NCBI GenBank assembly: GCA_021295655.1
Contig: JAGWBX010000047.1
Coordinates: 26,779-90,778 of the forward strand
Direction: 5' to 3'
DNA from: Candidatus Latescibacterota bacterium
Lineage (GTDB): Bacteria; Latescibacterota; UBA2968; GCA-2709665
Length of the DNA: 64,000 nt
Shown here: positions 48,466 through 57,682 of the stretch, one piece after another
Position numbering within the stretch: the stretch's first letter is position 1
Layout of the letters: each line of letters opens with the position of its first letter
Notes under the pieces: model-generated
Told to the model about the DNA's origin: nothing
Databases searched by the model: none
The model's input: only the letters and a program-made list of their open reading frames with translations
Position numbers and translations under genes: made by a program

Positions 48466-49291
48466 GTGACGACATTGGAAAAAATCTATTTCATATCTGA
48501 CGTGCACATAGGATCGCCGGGAATGGGAGACGCAACCCGGGAGCGGGAAGACGTCCTGATCGACTTCCTGAAGGCCATCCGTCGCGATGCGCGGGCGCTA
48601 TACATCGTCGGCGATCTCTCGCACGACGATCCCTTCGAGCGGCGCACGGGTCCTGTTCGAACTGTACAACCTGGTTGAGTCCGGTGTTCGCGTGATATAC
48701 CTGCCGGGGAATCACGACCTGTGGCCGGGCGAATACTTCTCGGGCCAACTCGGCGTTGAACTGCCGGGCGGGCCGATCACGGTCAACCATCAGGGACTGA
48801 GGATCCACATTGCCCACGGAGACGAAATCCGGACCGACTGGCGATTCCGCCTCAGCCGCGGCATTCTGAAAAACCGGTTCTGCGTTGGCCTGTTCCGCCT
48901 GCTTCACCCGGACCTCGGAGCCATCCTCGCCAGGTATACCTCCCGGCTGTCCGAGTACCGAATCCGGAGGCGGGGTTCCGGTAACCGGGATATACTCTAC
49001 AGGGCCGCCAGAGAAAAAATCGCCCATGGCGCCGACATCGTAATCCACGGCCACTACCACTTCACACTCCACGCCCGTGTGGGGGGTTCGCCCGGCGATC
49101 AGGCTGTCACCAGGATGCGTACCGGTGACCGTGCGGATGCCGGATCTGAACGCACCGGTGAACTGGTCGTCCTGGGCGACTGGATTCAGCAATGCACTTA
49201 TGCTGTACTGGAAAACGGCGGAATTCGGCTGGATAAATGGAATGAAGGCACATTGTCCGAGCCGGTGGCCCGGATGGAAGAAGACGGATAG
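48466..49291 (+). pseudogene. lpxH: LpxH-like UDP-2,3-diacylglucosamine diphosphatase, split by a frameshift
   Basis: Frame 1 encodes IYFISDVHIG...ALYIVGDL and stops at 48678. A second frame continues with RVLFELYNLVESGVRVIYLPGNHDLW...IAHGDEI...IHGHYH. A single indel near 48630-48655 would join them. Confidence 0.7.
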
Positions 49292-49354
49292 GGAGAAAAC
49301 GATGCGCCAACGACCCATCCGGACACCATTGCGGGATCCGCGCCGGGCGTCCCT

Positions 49355-50845
49355 ATGATTCTCTCAATCGACCAGGGCACGACGGGTACAACCGTACTCG
49401 TCATCAACCGCACGGGCGATATCGTGGGCCGCGCCTACGCGGAGTTCAGCCAGATCTTCCCGCAACCCGGCTGGGTTTCTCACAATGCGGATGAAATCTG
49501 GCGCTCCACCTGCGCCGTGATCGCAGACGCGATCCGGGATTCGGGCATCCGCCCGTCGGACCTCGCGGGCATCGGGATCGCCAATCAACGGGAAACCACT
49601 GTCATATGGGACCGGCGCACCGGGGAACCGGTGCACGACGCCATTGTGTGGCAGTGCCGCCGGACCGCGGACCTCTGCCGGCATTACCGGGAGCAGGGAC
49701 TGGAAGAGATGGTTAAAGAAAAGACCGGTCTCGTCATAGACGCCTACTTTTCAGCAACCAAGATCGTCTGGCTTCTGGATAACGTCCCCGGGCTCCGTCG
49801 CCGGGCGGAGGCCGGCGAGGTCTGCTTCGGCACGATCGACACCTGCCTCCTTCACCGGCTCACCGGCGGCGCCGTTCACGCGACCGACCTGACCAATGCC
49901 TCACGCACCATGTGTTTCAATATCCACACGCGCGAGTGGGACCCGGACTTGCTACAGGGGTTCGACGTCCCGAGGGCCATATTCCCGGAGGTCCATCGCT
50001 CAGCCCATGTGTTCGGAAGCACCCGTGGCGGGGGTCCACTGCCGGAGGGTATCCCGATAGCCGGCATTGCTGGAGACCAGCAGGCGGCGCTCTTCGGGCA
50101 GCGCGGCGTATCCGAGGGCGACGTCAAAAACACCTACGGCACCGGCTGCTTCGCCCTGTTCCATACGGGTTCGAAAGCGTTTCCCTCGCGGAACGGCCTG
50201 CTCACCACGCTTGCCTGCGATTCCCGTGGCGGTCCCGCTTTCGCCCTGGAAGGCTCCGTCTTCAGCGCCGGCTCGGCCGTCCAGTGGCTGCGCGACGGTC
50301 TGGGTCTGATCGCGAACGCGTCCGATACGGAAGCGCTCGCCAGATCGGTACCGGACAATGGCGGTGTTTATCTCGTCCCCGCCTTTACGGGCCTTGGCGC
50401 GCCGTATTGGGATCCGGATGCCCGCGGGACGGTGGTCGGCATCAACCGGGGCACGCAACGCGCCCACTTTGCGCGTGCCGCCCTCGAATCCATTTCCTAC
50501 CAGAGCGCCGCGCTTGTGGATGCCATGGCCGCCGACACCGGGCGTCCCGTCACCGGTATGCGCGTGGACGGCGGCGCCTCGGCCAACGACTTCCTCATGC
50601 AGTTCCAGGCCGACATCCTCGATGTGCCGGTCATCCGTCCACGCCATTCGGAGACCACCGCCCTGGGCGCTGCCATGCTCGCGGGCCTCGCGACCGGTTT
50701 CTGGACGGGACCCGATGCGCTTTCGGACCTGAACCCTCCCGAACGCACGTTCAAACCCTCCATGCCGAAAAAAAAGCGCGACGCCCTGCTCAAACGTTGG
50801 CGCCGCGCCGTACAAACCGCCAGATTCCACGGTAATCAGAAATAA
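49355..50845 (+). CDS. glpK: Glycerol kinase
   Basis: ILSIDQGTTGTTV, GIANQRETTVIWD, IAGDQQAALFGQ and GAAMLAG are hallmark FGGY/GlpK motifs. Confidence 0.95.
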   Translation: MILSIDQGTTGTTVLVINRTGDIVGRAYAEFSQIFPQPGWVSHNADEIWRSTCAVIADAIRDSGIRPSDLAGIGIANQRETTVIWDRRTGEPVHDAIVWQCRRTADLCRHYREQGLEEMVKEKTGLVIDAYFSATKIVWLLDNVPGLRRRAEAGEVCFGTIDTCLLHRLTGGAVHATDLTNASRTMCFNIHTREWDPDLLQGFDVPRAIFPEVHRSAHVFGSTRGGGPLPEGIPIAGIAGDQQAALFGQRGVSEGDVKNTYGTGCFALFHTGSKAFPSRNGLLTTLACDSRGGPAFALEGSVFSAGSAVQWLRDGLGLIANASDTEALARSVPDNGGVYLVPAFTGLGAPYWDPDARGTVVGINRGTQRAHFARAALESISYQSAALVDAMAADTGRPVTGMRVDGGASANDFLMQFQADILDVPVIRPRHSETTALGAAMLAGLATGFWTGPDALSDLNPPERTFKPSMPKKKRDALLKRWRRAVQTARFHGNQK

Positions 50846-50946
50846 GAAAAGCGATCACATGGATCGCCAGGAGCGGTAGGAGGGGGAGGGACGACGTCTC
50901 CCTGGGAGCGAGGGAATCTTGCCCTCGACGCGCCGTGGTTGCGGTT

Positions 50947-50974
50947 GTAGGGGCGACCCATGGGTCGCCCCTAC
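50947..50974. repeat. Perfect 28-nt GC-rich palindrome
   Basis: GTAGGGGCGACCCATGGGTCGCCCCTAC followed by AAAAAA, lying between convergent glpK and the GWxTD gene. Confidence 0.7.
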
Positions 50975-51181
50975 AAAAAACCAGGCATCCGCGGGATAAT
51001 ATCGCCAGGCCGTATGTATGTCCGGCGGGGTTCGGTGCGGTCCTCTTACTTTCACCACCAAACGGCTCTCAGGAACTGGTTTCCGGGTCAACACAGTCTC
51101 GTCCTCTTACAAAAGCCGGCTATTGCTTGTCCCTCACTAAATGCGCGGTTCAGGCCGGCGGCCAGCCGCGGGTTGCGACTC

Positions 51182-53221
51182 TCAGTACCACATTACCCTG
51201 AAGCGCGTCTCCGCCGAAACTCTTCGGCCGGTGTGAAGGTCCACGACCACCACTCTGAACACCCTCAGCCCCGGCGATGCGCCATCCATATCTACGCGCA
51301 GGTGGCAGGGCTCCCAAGTCCGGCCGCCCGTAGACGAGTAAGAAACGGCCGTCGTCCAGTCGGCTAGGGGGGTGCCCGCGTCCCCCTCAGTAAGTGTCTG
51401 TATGTGATAACTTATGCGGTAGTTTGTGGTACCGTTCTCGTCGTGAGAAAGATTGTAGATCTCGAAATAGAACCATGCCCGTCCATGCCTACGGCACACC
51501 TGCAAAGGATTCGGAAGCACTGCGAACTTGTCACGGCCGTTTGGCGCATTTTCACGCATCTGAATGCGCCGCGCCAACAACAGACTGCTGATCTCAATTG
51601 AGTCCCGTCCGAAGGTTCTAATCCGCAATCGATTTCGAAACGTGCCCACCCGCTTCGTGGCCCGATCTTCTACTTCGCCAGCCAGAAAATACATCCCCGG
51701 GTTAAGGATCATGTGTTCCGATGCCAGCAGGAAGCCGTCTTCTGTAGGTCCATACGTGACACGTGGCATCCGATCCACACTAACTACGTTGTGTCGAACG
51801 GTATCCCACTCGGAATCGAAAAGAAAAAGCGCCTGCCTAACGTCCACTGCTGCAATCCCATTTCCGCTAGAAACCACGTGTTCGACTTTTTCATCCAGAA
51901 ACGCGTAATACAATTCAACACGCGTATTGCCGTCGTGATGTCGGAACTGCGCGGTCTGGAATTGCACATCAAACTGTGATGGATGCTGATAGATGTCAGG
52001 TATCTCCTCAATCAGTTGTTCGAGTGTCAATCGCTTATTGCCCATCGTGGCGGTACCGAACTGCCAGGAGTCCCAGGAGACTGCATTGCCAAATATCACG
52101 GTAAATTGGTCATAGCCCCATACTTCCTTACGTCCACTAACGGGATTTCTTATGTACCTAACGAGCGGGTCTCCGTATCGGATGTAGATCTGCCCCTTGT
52201 CGGTCTGCCAGCCCTCCTGAACATGAATGGGATCGGAAAAGCGCAGGTTCGCGTATGCCACACGCCGCCATTGTTCCAGCAAGCGTTCGTTGTCCGATGT
52301 CAGGTAGATCGGGTCCTTTCCTGTCCAGAACTTGCGGATTTCCTCGTCGCTGGGGGGTGGTTCAACGTCTTCATCAGCAGGGTTTCGGATGAGAAAAATC
52401 GACTGCATGAACCTGCGGGACGTATCGGTCATAAGATTCAGCCCGTCCCCGTACGCCCGAAAGGCCGCTTCTAGGTCGCCCTTCATCTGATAGCCCAGGC
52501 CCACGAAAAAGTGCGCGTTCCAATTCCCAGGACGCCTTTTTCGATAGGCCTCAAAGAGCTCGATCAGTGGCCCAAACATCTCGGCCGCGTAGTAGGACAG
52601 CCCGAGATACTGGTACGACGGCCAGTGGTCTGGGTCCACGCTGATAGCGCGGGTCAGGTACGCGATTCCACGGTCTATACCCAGATTCCAGTATTCGACG
52701 TCTGTCAGCGTTTTTCCACCGTCGAACGAATATCTCCGGAGCGTTCCCTCGGTTTGACCCTTAGGTATATCCGTAAAATAGGTTGTCTCCCAGGACCAGA
52801 CGGCGAAACGCCCTGCCCAAAACAGGCCCTCTAAATTGTCTGGATCCAACTCAAGCATCTTGAGCGCTTTCCGGTAGGTATTCGGGCGTTGCGATGTCGA
52901 CCAATGCAACTCGGCGGAAGTTGCGAGATAATCGAGGTTATCGCGCTCCCGTACCAGCGCGCGCAGCAGCCACCTGGCCGCCGTCTGACGGGATACTGGC
53001 GTCCACTTTGCCATGTAGAGTCGCGCCAGGGCGTGCATCGACTTGCCTGATGGGTCATGCCTCAGCGCACGTTTCATCAGGGCTTCGCGCTGGTTATAAT
53101 CGAGTAGCGTATCGCCCGCAGCGGCCAGCAGGGAGTCCACCCTCGCAGGATCGGATCGTCCGGCATCGACGCGGCTGGTACTCAAAGCGACCAAGATAAT
53201 CGTAATCGTGATCCCAATCAT
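51182..53221 (-). CDS. GWxTD-domain protein with N-terminal TPR-like region
   Basis: Signal-anchor N-terminus and the diagnostic motif WRRVAYANLRF...GWQTDKGQIYIRYGDP. Confidence 0.8.
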   Translation of the reverse strand: MIGITITIILVALSTSRVDAGRSDPARVDSLLAAAGDTLLDYNQREALMKRALRHDPSGKSMHALARLYMAKWTPVSRQTAARWLLRALVRERDNLDYLATSAELHWSTSQRPNTYRKALKMLELDPDNLEGLFWAGRFAVWSWETTYFTDIPKGQTEGTLRRYSFDGGKTLTDVEYWNLGIDRGIAYLTRAISVDPDHWPSYQYLGLSYYAAEMFGPLIELFEAYRKRRPGNWNAHFFVGLGYQMKGDLEAAFRAYGDGLNLMTDTSRRFMQSIFLIRNPADEDVEPPPSDEEIRKFWTGKDPIYLTSDNERLLEQWRRVAYANLRFSDPIHVQEGWQTDKGQIYIRYGDPLVRYIRNPVSGRKEVWGYDQFTVIFGNAVSWDSWQFGTATMGNKRLTLEQLIEEIPDIYQHPSQFDVQFQTAQFRHHDGNTRVELYYAFLDEKVEHVVSSGNGIAAVDVRQALFLFDSEWDTVRHNVVSVDRMPRVTYGPTEDGFLLASEHMILNPGMYFLAGEVEDRATKRVGTFRNRLRIRTFGRDSIEISSLLLARRIQMRENAPNGRDKFAVLPNPLQVCRRHGRAWFYFEIYNLSHDENGTTNYRISYHIQTLTEGDAGTPLADWTTAVSYSSTGGRTWEPCHLRVDMDGASPGLRVFRVVVVDLHTGRRVSAETRFRVMWY

Positions 53222-53663
53222 TCGCGGAACTCCCTGCTGTGCTTGAACAGAACGCTAAAGTTGTGGGATGTGCATTATGCATGTGATGACCGCAAAGCCG
53301 TGACAAGAAAACAGACGCTGCCGCCTGCCACTGGGATTCTGTTTGCTCCCTTTACAGGAGGTAAGACACACCTTGCGAAGTTCGAGTTCAATAAATCAAG
53401 AGACGATCAGTTTAATCCATTAAGCAAATACGCCCCAGAACCCGGGACGTTCGCTCTTTTTTGTTCCCAACGTGCTACGTTCCGCAGCATCCCGCCACAA
53501 AAGGGCAGTTGGCGTGCGGTAAGTTTTTGAACGAATTTCTGCTGAATGGGAACTGCCTCGCTCAAATGGACGGCTTTAGGCGTGAATCTCAATGCCTCGC
53601 CTCACTACCCCCGACGATAACCCTCGCGTGGTTGAACTTTATCCAAGGTTTGCGGATCCACGG

Positions 53664-54375
53664 TCAGTCCAGATTTGGTTCAGTTGGAGAAAGATTGCAC
53701 GTAGATACGGGAAATTCGAATGCAAATCGGGTTCCAGTTTTACAACCTGCCAATGTTGTACAACCAGAAAAAACGCTGAGTAGGTACACCCTCGCAGAAC
53801 AATCCGTACATTCGCATTTTCCTATCGTAAATGCGTTCGTTGAAACCGTAGATAATTCGCTTGAATGTCTGCCGGGTGGGAAGGCAACAATGACTCGTTT
53901 TTGTGGATGGCGCGCAATTACTGCCGTTACCGGGGGAGAAAGATCACTGTCACCTGAGACGACTATTGCGGTGTCAAACCTGTCATCCTGCGCGTCACAG
54001 AGCAACTCAACGGCAATGGTGACATCTGTCTTCTTCTCTTCGGCATCGTGCCAGGTTGCTCCACATCGCCGGCAACGAACAGACTTATCGATATAATGAC
54101 CGTAGTAGAACGTAACGTCACCAATGGCTATCAATGCTTCAAGGTATGTATTCTGGCGTTTCCATTTTCCCCAATTTCCGGGTCTTTGAGATACACGTGA
54201 AGTAAAATACTTGACCATTTCCAACTTTTGAGAATTCTTATGCAGGGATTGAGACAATCGCGTTAAATCGAGCCAAAGATAGCGATTATTCCACTTTTCT
54301 TTTATTCCATGAGTAAAGGTTGAATCCGTCGACGTATACAACAACCCGATTTTTATAACGCATTTCTCGTGCCAT
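53664..54375 (-). pseudogene. NYN-domain (LabA-like, PIN-related) protein, apparently frameshifted near the 5' end
   Basis: The ATG at 54375 encodes MAREMRYKNRVVVYVDGFNLY, then stops. The main ORF (a different frame, 53664-54344) carries YLWLDL and DVTIAVELL...FDTAIVVSGDSDLSPPV. The shift lies in an A-rich run at about 54290-54315. Confidence 0.65.
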
Positions 54376-54527
54376 TGGTTTTTTTGACAATTTCCTTAGT
54401 GAATGGTATATTTTTAGCGTGCTATGGCATTTGTGCCCCTCGGAGGATAGTATTCTCCGGCCTGACGCCCACTGTCTTTTACGTAGGCGTTTCTTTTTTG
54501 TTTTGACGCCTTCCGCTGCAGGCAGGC

Positions 54528-54615
54528 CGGGGGAGAGGTCCCCTCGACCGCGAATTGATATCGCTTGGCCATATCGATTACCGGTTGACGGGGTGTGGTC
54601 CTCTCCCGTCTCACC
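54528..54615 (+). repeat. ~90-nt repeat with core CCGCGAATTGATATCGC...TATCGAT, copy 1
   Basis: Flanked by GGGGGAGAGGTCC and GGTCCTCTCCCGTCTC. A second copy in the same orientation is at 56741-56860. Confidence 0.65.
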
Positions 54616-54719
54616 GCTTCTGAGGGGCTGGCGGGTGGAAGGTCTGCGTTCCGTCCACTTCTTCTACGTGGCGACGCTGAAATCGACGGGTTGTTTTTTT
54701 GACTTTCGCTTATGATTCA

Positions 54720-54758
54720 AGCTGACAGCTGTCGGCTGATAACTGATGGCTGCTTTTT
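54720..54758. repeat. Heptamer array (AGCTGAC AGCTGTC GGCTGAT AACTGAT GGCTGC) plus T-run
   Basis: Immediately 3' of the ilvD stop. It reads TCAGCnn in the ilvD sense direction. Confidence 0.7.
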
Positions 54759-54770
54759 CCTCTCCCGCTT

Positions 54771-56444
54771 TTATTCGTCCGTCACGCAACCCTCGGACGC
54801 TGTGGTCACGGTCTTGATATATTTGTAGAGCGTCCCCTGCGAGGCTTTGTAAGGGGGCGCGGTCCAGGCCGCGCGCCGCTTCGCCAGTTCCTCGTCGCTC
54901 AGGTCCACGCTGATCTCGTTGGTTTCCGCGTCGATTGTGATCACGTCTCCATTTTCAACCACGGCGATCGTGCCGCCCTCCTGCGCTTCCGGCGTGATGT
55001 GCCCAACGACGAACCCGTGCGATCCGCCGGAGAACCGTCCATCTGTAATCAGGGCAACGTCCTTGCCCAGGCCCGCGCCCATAATCACCGACGTGGGCGT
55101 GAGCATCTCCGGCATGCCCGGTCCGCCCGTAGGTCCCTCGTAACGGATGACCACCACACATCCCTTCTTGACTTCGTTTCGCTCCACCGCACCCAGCAGG
55201 TCCTCCTCCCGGTCGAACACCGCCGCGGGCCCTGAGAACCGCAGCCCTTCCTTCCCCGTGATCTTGGCCACCGCGCCTTCCGACGCCAGGTTTCCGCGCA
55301 AGATGCGCAAATGCCCGGTGGTCTTGATCGGCCGGTCCATGGGCCGAACCACCTCCTGACCCTCGTCCAGTCCGGGCAACGCCGCGAGGTTCTCCGCAAT
55401 CGTGCGACCCGTCACGGTCAGGCATTCTCCATTCAACAGGCCGTGCTCCAGAAGATACTTCATCACGCCAGGCGTTCCGCCAACGTTGTGCAGATCCTCC
55501 ATCACGAACAGCCCACTGGGCTTGAAGTCCGCCAACAATGGCACCCGGTCGCTCACCGACTGGAAGTCGTCGATGGTCAACGGCACGCCAACGGACTTTG
55601 CGATTGCGATCATGTGCAGCACCGCGTTGGTCGATCCGCCAAGGGCCATCACCACAACCATCGCGTTTTCGAACGCCTCGCGCGTCATAATGTCCCGGGG
55701 CTTGATATCCCGCTCCAGCAGGTTCCGGATGGCCGCGCCGGACTGGAAGCACTCCTCCAGCTTGCCCTTGTCCACGGCCGGCGTCGAAGAACTGTAGGGC
55801 AGCGACATCCCCATCGCTTCAATGGCGGACGCCATCGTATTCGCGGTGTACATCCCCCCGCACGCGCCGGCGCCCGGGCAGGCGTGCTGCACAACTCCCT
55901 TCCACCCCTCTTCGTCCAGTTCGCCCGCCAGGTATTCTCCGTAACTCTGAAAGGCCGACACGATATCGAGTTTCTTGTGGTCCCGAAATCCGGGCTTGAT
56001 CGTGCCTCCGTAAATCATCAACGACGGCCGGTTCAACCGCCCCATGGCCATCACGCACCCCGGCATGTTCTTGTCGCAGCCCGGCAGGGATATGTTGGCG
56101 TCGTACCACTGCGCACCCATCACCGTCTCGATTGAATCGGCGATGAGGTCCCGCGACTGAAGCGAAAAGCTCATGCCCTCCGTTCCCATCGATATCCCGT
56201 CGCTCACGCCAATGGTGTTGAATCGCATGCCCAGCAGACCGGCCGCGTTCACGCCCTGCTTCACCTTCGCAGAAAGATCCAGCAGGTGCATATTGCAGGT
56301 ATTGCCCTCGTACCACATGCTGGCGATGCCAACCTGCGCCTTGTCCATATCCGCTTCCGTCATTCCCGTTCCGTACAACATCGCCTGGGACGCGCCCTGG
56401 GATTTCACCTGCGTAATCCGGGAGCTGTACTTGTTCAGCGCCAT
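54771..56444 (-). CDS. ilvD: Dihydroxy-acid dehydratase
   Basis: 557-aa ORF with [19 protein letters not shown] and [11 protein letters not shown] signatures. Confidence 0.95.
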   Translation of the reverse strand: MALNKYSSRITQVKSQGASQAMLYGTGMTEADMDKAQVGIASMWYEGNTCNMHLLDLSAKVKQGVNAAGLLGMRFNTIGVSDGISMGTEGMSFSLQSRDLIADSIETVMGAQWYDANISLPGCDKNMPGCVMAMGRLNRPSLMIYGGTIKPGFRDHKKLDIVSAFQSYGEYLAGELDEEGWKGVVQHACPGAGACGGMYTANTMASAIEAMGMSLPYSSSTPAVDKGKLEECFQSGAAIRNLLERDIKPRDIMTREAFENAMVVVMALGGSTNAVLHMIAIAKSVGVPLTIDDFQSVSDRVPLLADFKPSGLFVMEDLHNVGGTPGVMKYLLEHGLLNGECLTVTGRTIAENLAALPGLDEGQEVVRPMDRPIKTTGHLRILRGNLASEGAVAKITGKEGLRFSGPAAVFDREEDLLGAVERNEVKKGCVVVIRYEGPTGGPGMPEMLTPTSVIMGAGLGKDVALITDGRFSGGSHGFVVGHITPEAQEGGTIAVVENGDVITIDAETNEISVDLSDEELAKRRAAWTAPPYKASQGTLYKYIKTVTTASEGCVTDE

Positions 56445-56577
56445 GGTGTTCCTTTCCTGGTTGTCGCCCAGAAACCGTATTGTCCGCGGTTCCGTGTCAA
56501 TTCCATTTTGTATCCGTTCAATCGAGATTTAATTTAATCGAATGCACCAGATCCGTCAACTTCAGGAAGACAAGCGG

Positions 56578-56605
56578 TCAGCCATCAGCGGTCAGCTTTC
56601 AGCTC
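56578..56605. repeat. Heptamer array (TCAGCCA TCAGCGG TCAGCTT TCAGCTC)
   Basis: Upstream of ilvD, inverted relative to the array at 54720. Confidence 0.65.
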
Positions 56606-56740
56606 AAAACCAAGAGCGAAAACCACACTGCAAGATATCTGTACCGACGTGATCTCCGCGCGGGGCGGACCTACCCCCTAACCCCCTTCCTGAAGGAAGG
56701 GGGAACTGTCGTCGACTGATGAACGTCTTGCTCTTGCTTC

Positions 56741-56860
56741 CCCTCTCCCGTTGGGAGAGGGGGTTCGGGGGTGAGGGCGCAATCCGCGAATTGATATCGC
56801 CAGTCCGTATCGATAACCCCTGAGCGACGAGTGGTCCTCTACCGTCTCCCCTCTCCCGCC
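56741..56860 (+). repeat. ~90-nt repeat with core CCGCGAATTGATATCGC, copy 2, plus GC-rich palindrome
   Basis: CCCCTCTCCCGTTGGGAGAGGGG palindrome, then CCGCGAATTGATATCGCCAGTCCGTATCGATAACC...GTGGTCCTCTACCGTCTC. Confidence 0.65.
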
Positions 56861-56930
56861 TCCCCGAATCAACAGACCGTGAAGTGCGAGAAGGGCGAAT
56901 CGAGACGGTAGAAGAAGGACGAGACAAACC

Positions 56931-57527
56931 TTGAAGGATTTTTCTCTTCAGATCCGCATGAATATCTCCGCCGGGGCGATCAGGAAGTTGCCCGAACGGC
57001 CGTGCCCTCGAGGCTACCGTTTGCGGAAGCTGATACCCGGCGACGAGGATCATCTGCCCGGACTGATGGTGTCGGCCGGCGTGGGATGGACCCCTTTCGA
57101 CGCGCCGGGAATGGCGGAATACCTCGAGATGCTGGACCGGATCGACGGGTCGCACGTGGTGGAGGCTGGCGGGCAACTGACGGCGCTATGCTTCGCCACG
57201 CGGCGGGAAAATGTCGAACCGGCATGGGGTCAAGTCGACTACGTTTGCGTTCGTCCCGGCCACCGGGGCGCAGGACTCGGATTCAGCGTATGCGCCGCCG
57301 TTTTACAATATCAATATCGGCGCGGGTATCCCGACTCCACGCTGACAACGCTCCGGGTGACTCCCGACAATCTCCAACTCGCGGCGATCAAGACATATCT
57401 CACCCTGGGATTCCTTCCTGTGAATACCGAGCGCAATCAGAAGGTCTGTGAGACGGTGTACCGGGCGCTCGGTTTGCCGCTGCCGGTTAGCTGGTGGCCG
57501 GCGGATTCCCCATTTGCGCCCGTTTGA
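56931..57527 (+). CDS. GNAT-family N-acetyltransferase
   Basis: Acetyl-CoA binding motif VCVRPGHRGAGLG. The ORF opens at a TTG at 56931; the ATG at 56958 is an alternative start. Confidence 0.7.
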   Translation: MKDFSLQIRMNISAGAIRKLPERPCPRGYRLRKLIPGDEDHLPGLMVSAGVGWTPFDAPGMAEYLEMLDRIDGSHVVEAGGQLTALCFATRRENVEPAWGQVDYVCVRPGHRGAGLGFSVCAAVLQYQYRRGYPDSTLTTLRVTPDNLQLAAIKTYLTLGFLPVNTERNQKVCETVYRALGLPLPVSWWPADSPFAPV

Positions 57528-57574
57528 CAGTGATAGGCGGGCGTTACCCCGTCCATAACGACTCAAGCAACATC

Positions 57575-57614
57575 ATGCCTGTCCGGATCTGCAATCCGGA
57601 CAGGCATTTTTCTT
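57575..57614 (+). terminator. Rho-independent terminator after the GNAT gene
   Basis: 13-bp perfect stem ATGCCTGTCCGGA / TCCGGACAGGCAT with loop TCTGCAA, followed by TTTTCTT. Confidence 0.8.
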
Positions 57615-57682
57615 GCTGAAATCCGCGTTTCCCGCATCACGCCGGCTGCACTCCCAACCTTCTCGTATCTCAATCTAACAGA

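Noticed and set aside
53461-54096. 211-aa plus-strand ORF
   Set aside because: It is antisense to the NYN-domain gene body, which carries the family's acidic active-site motifs.
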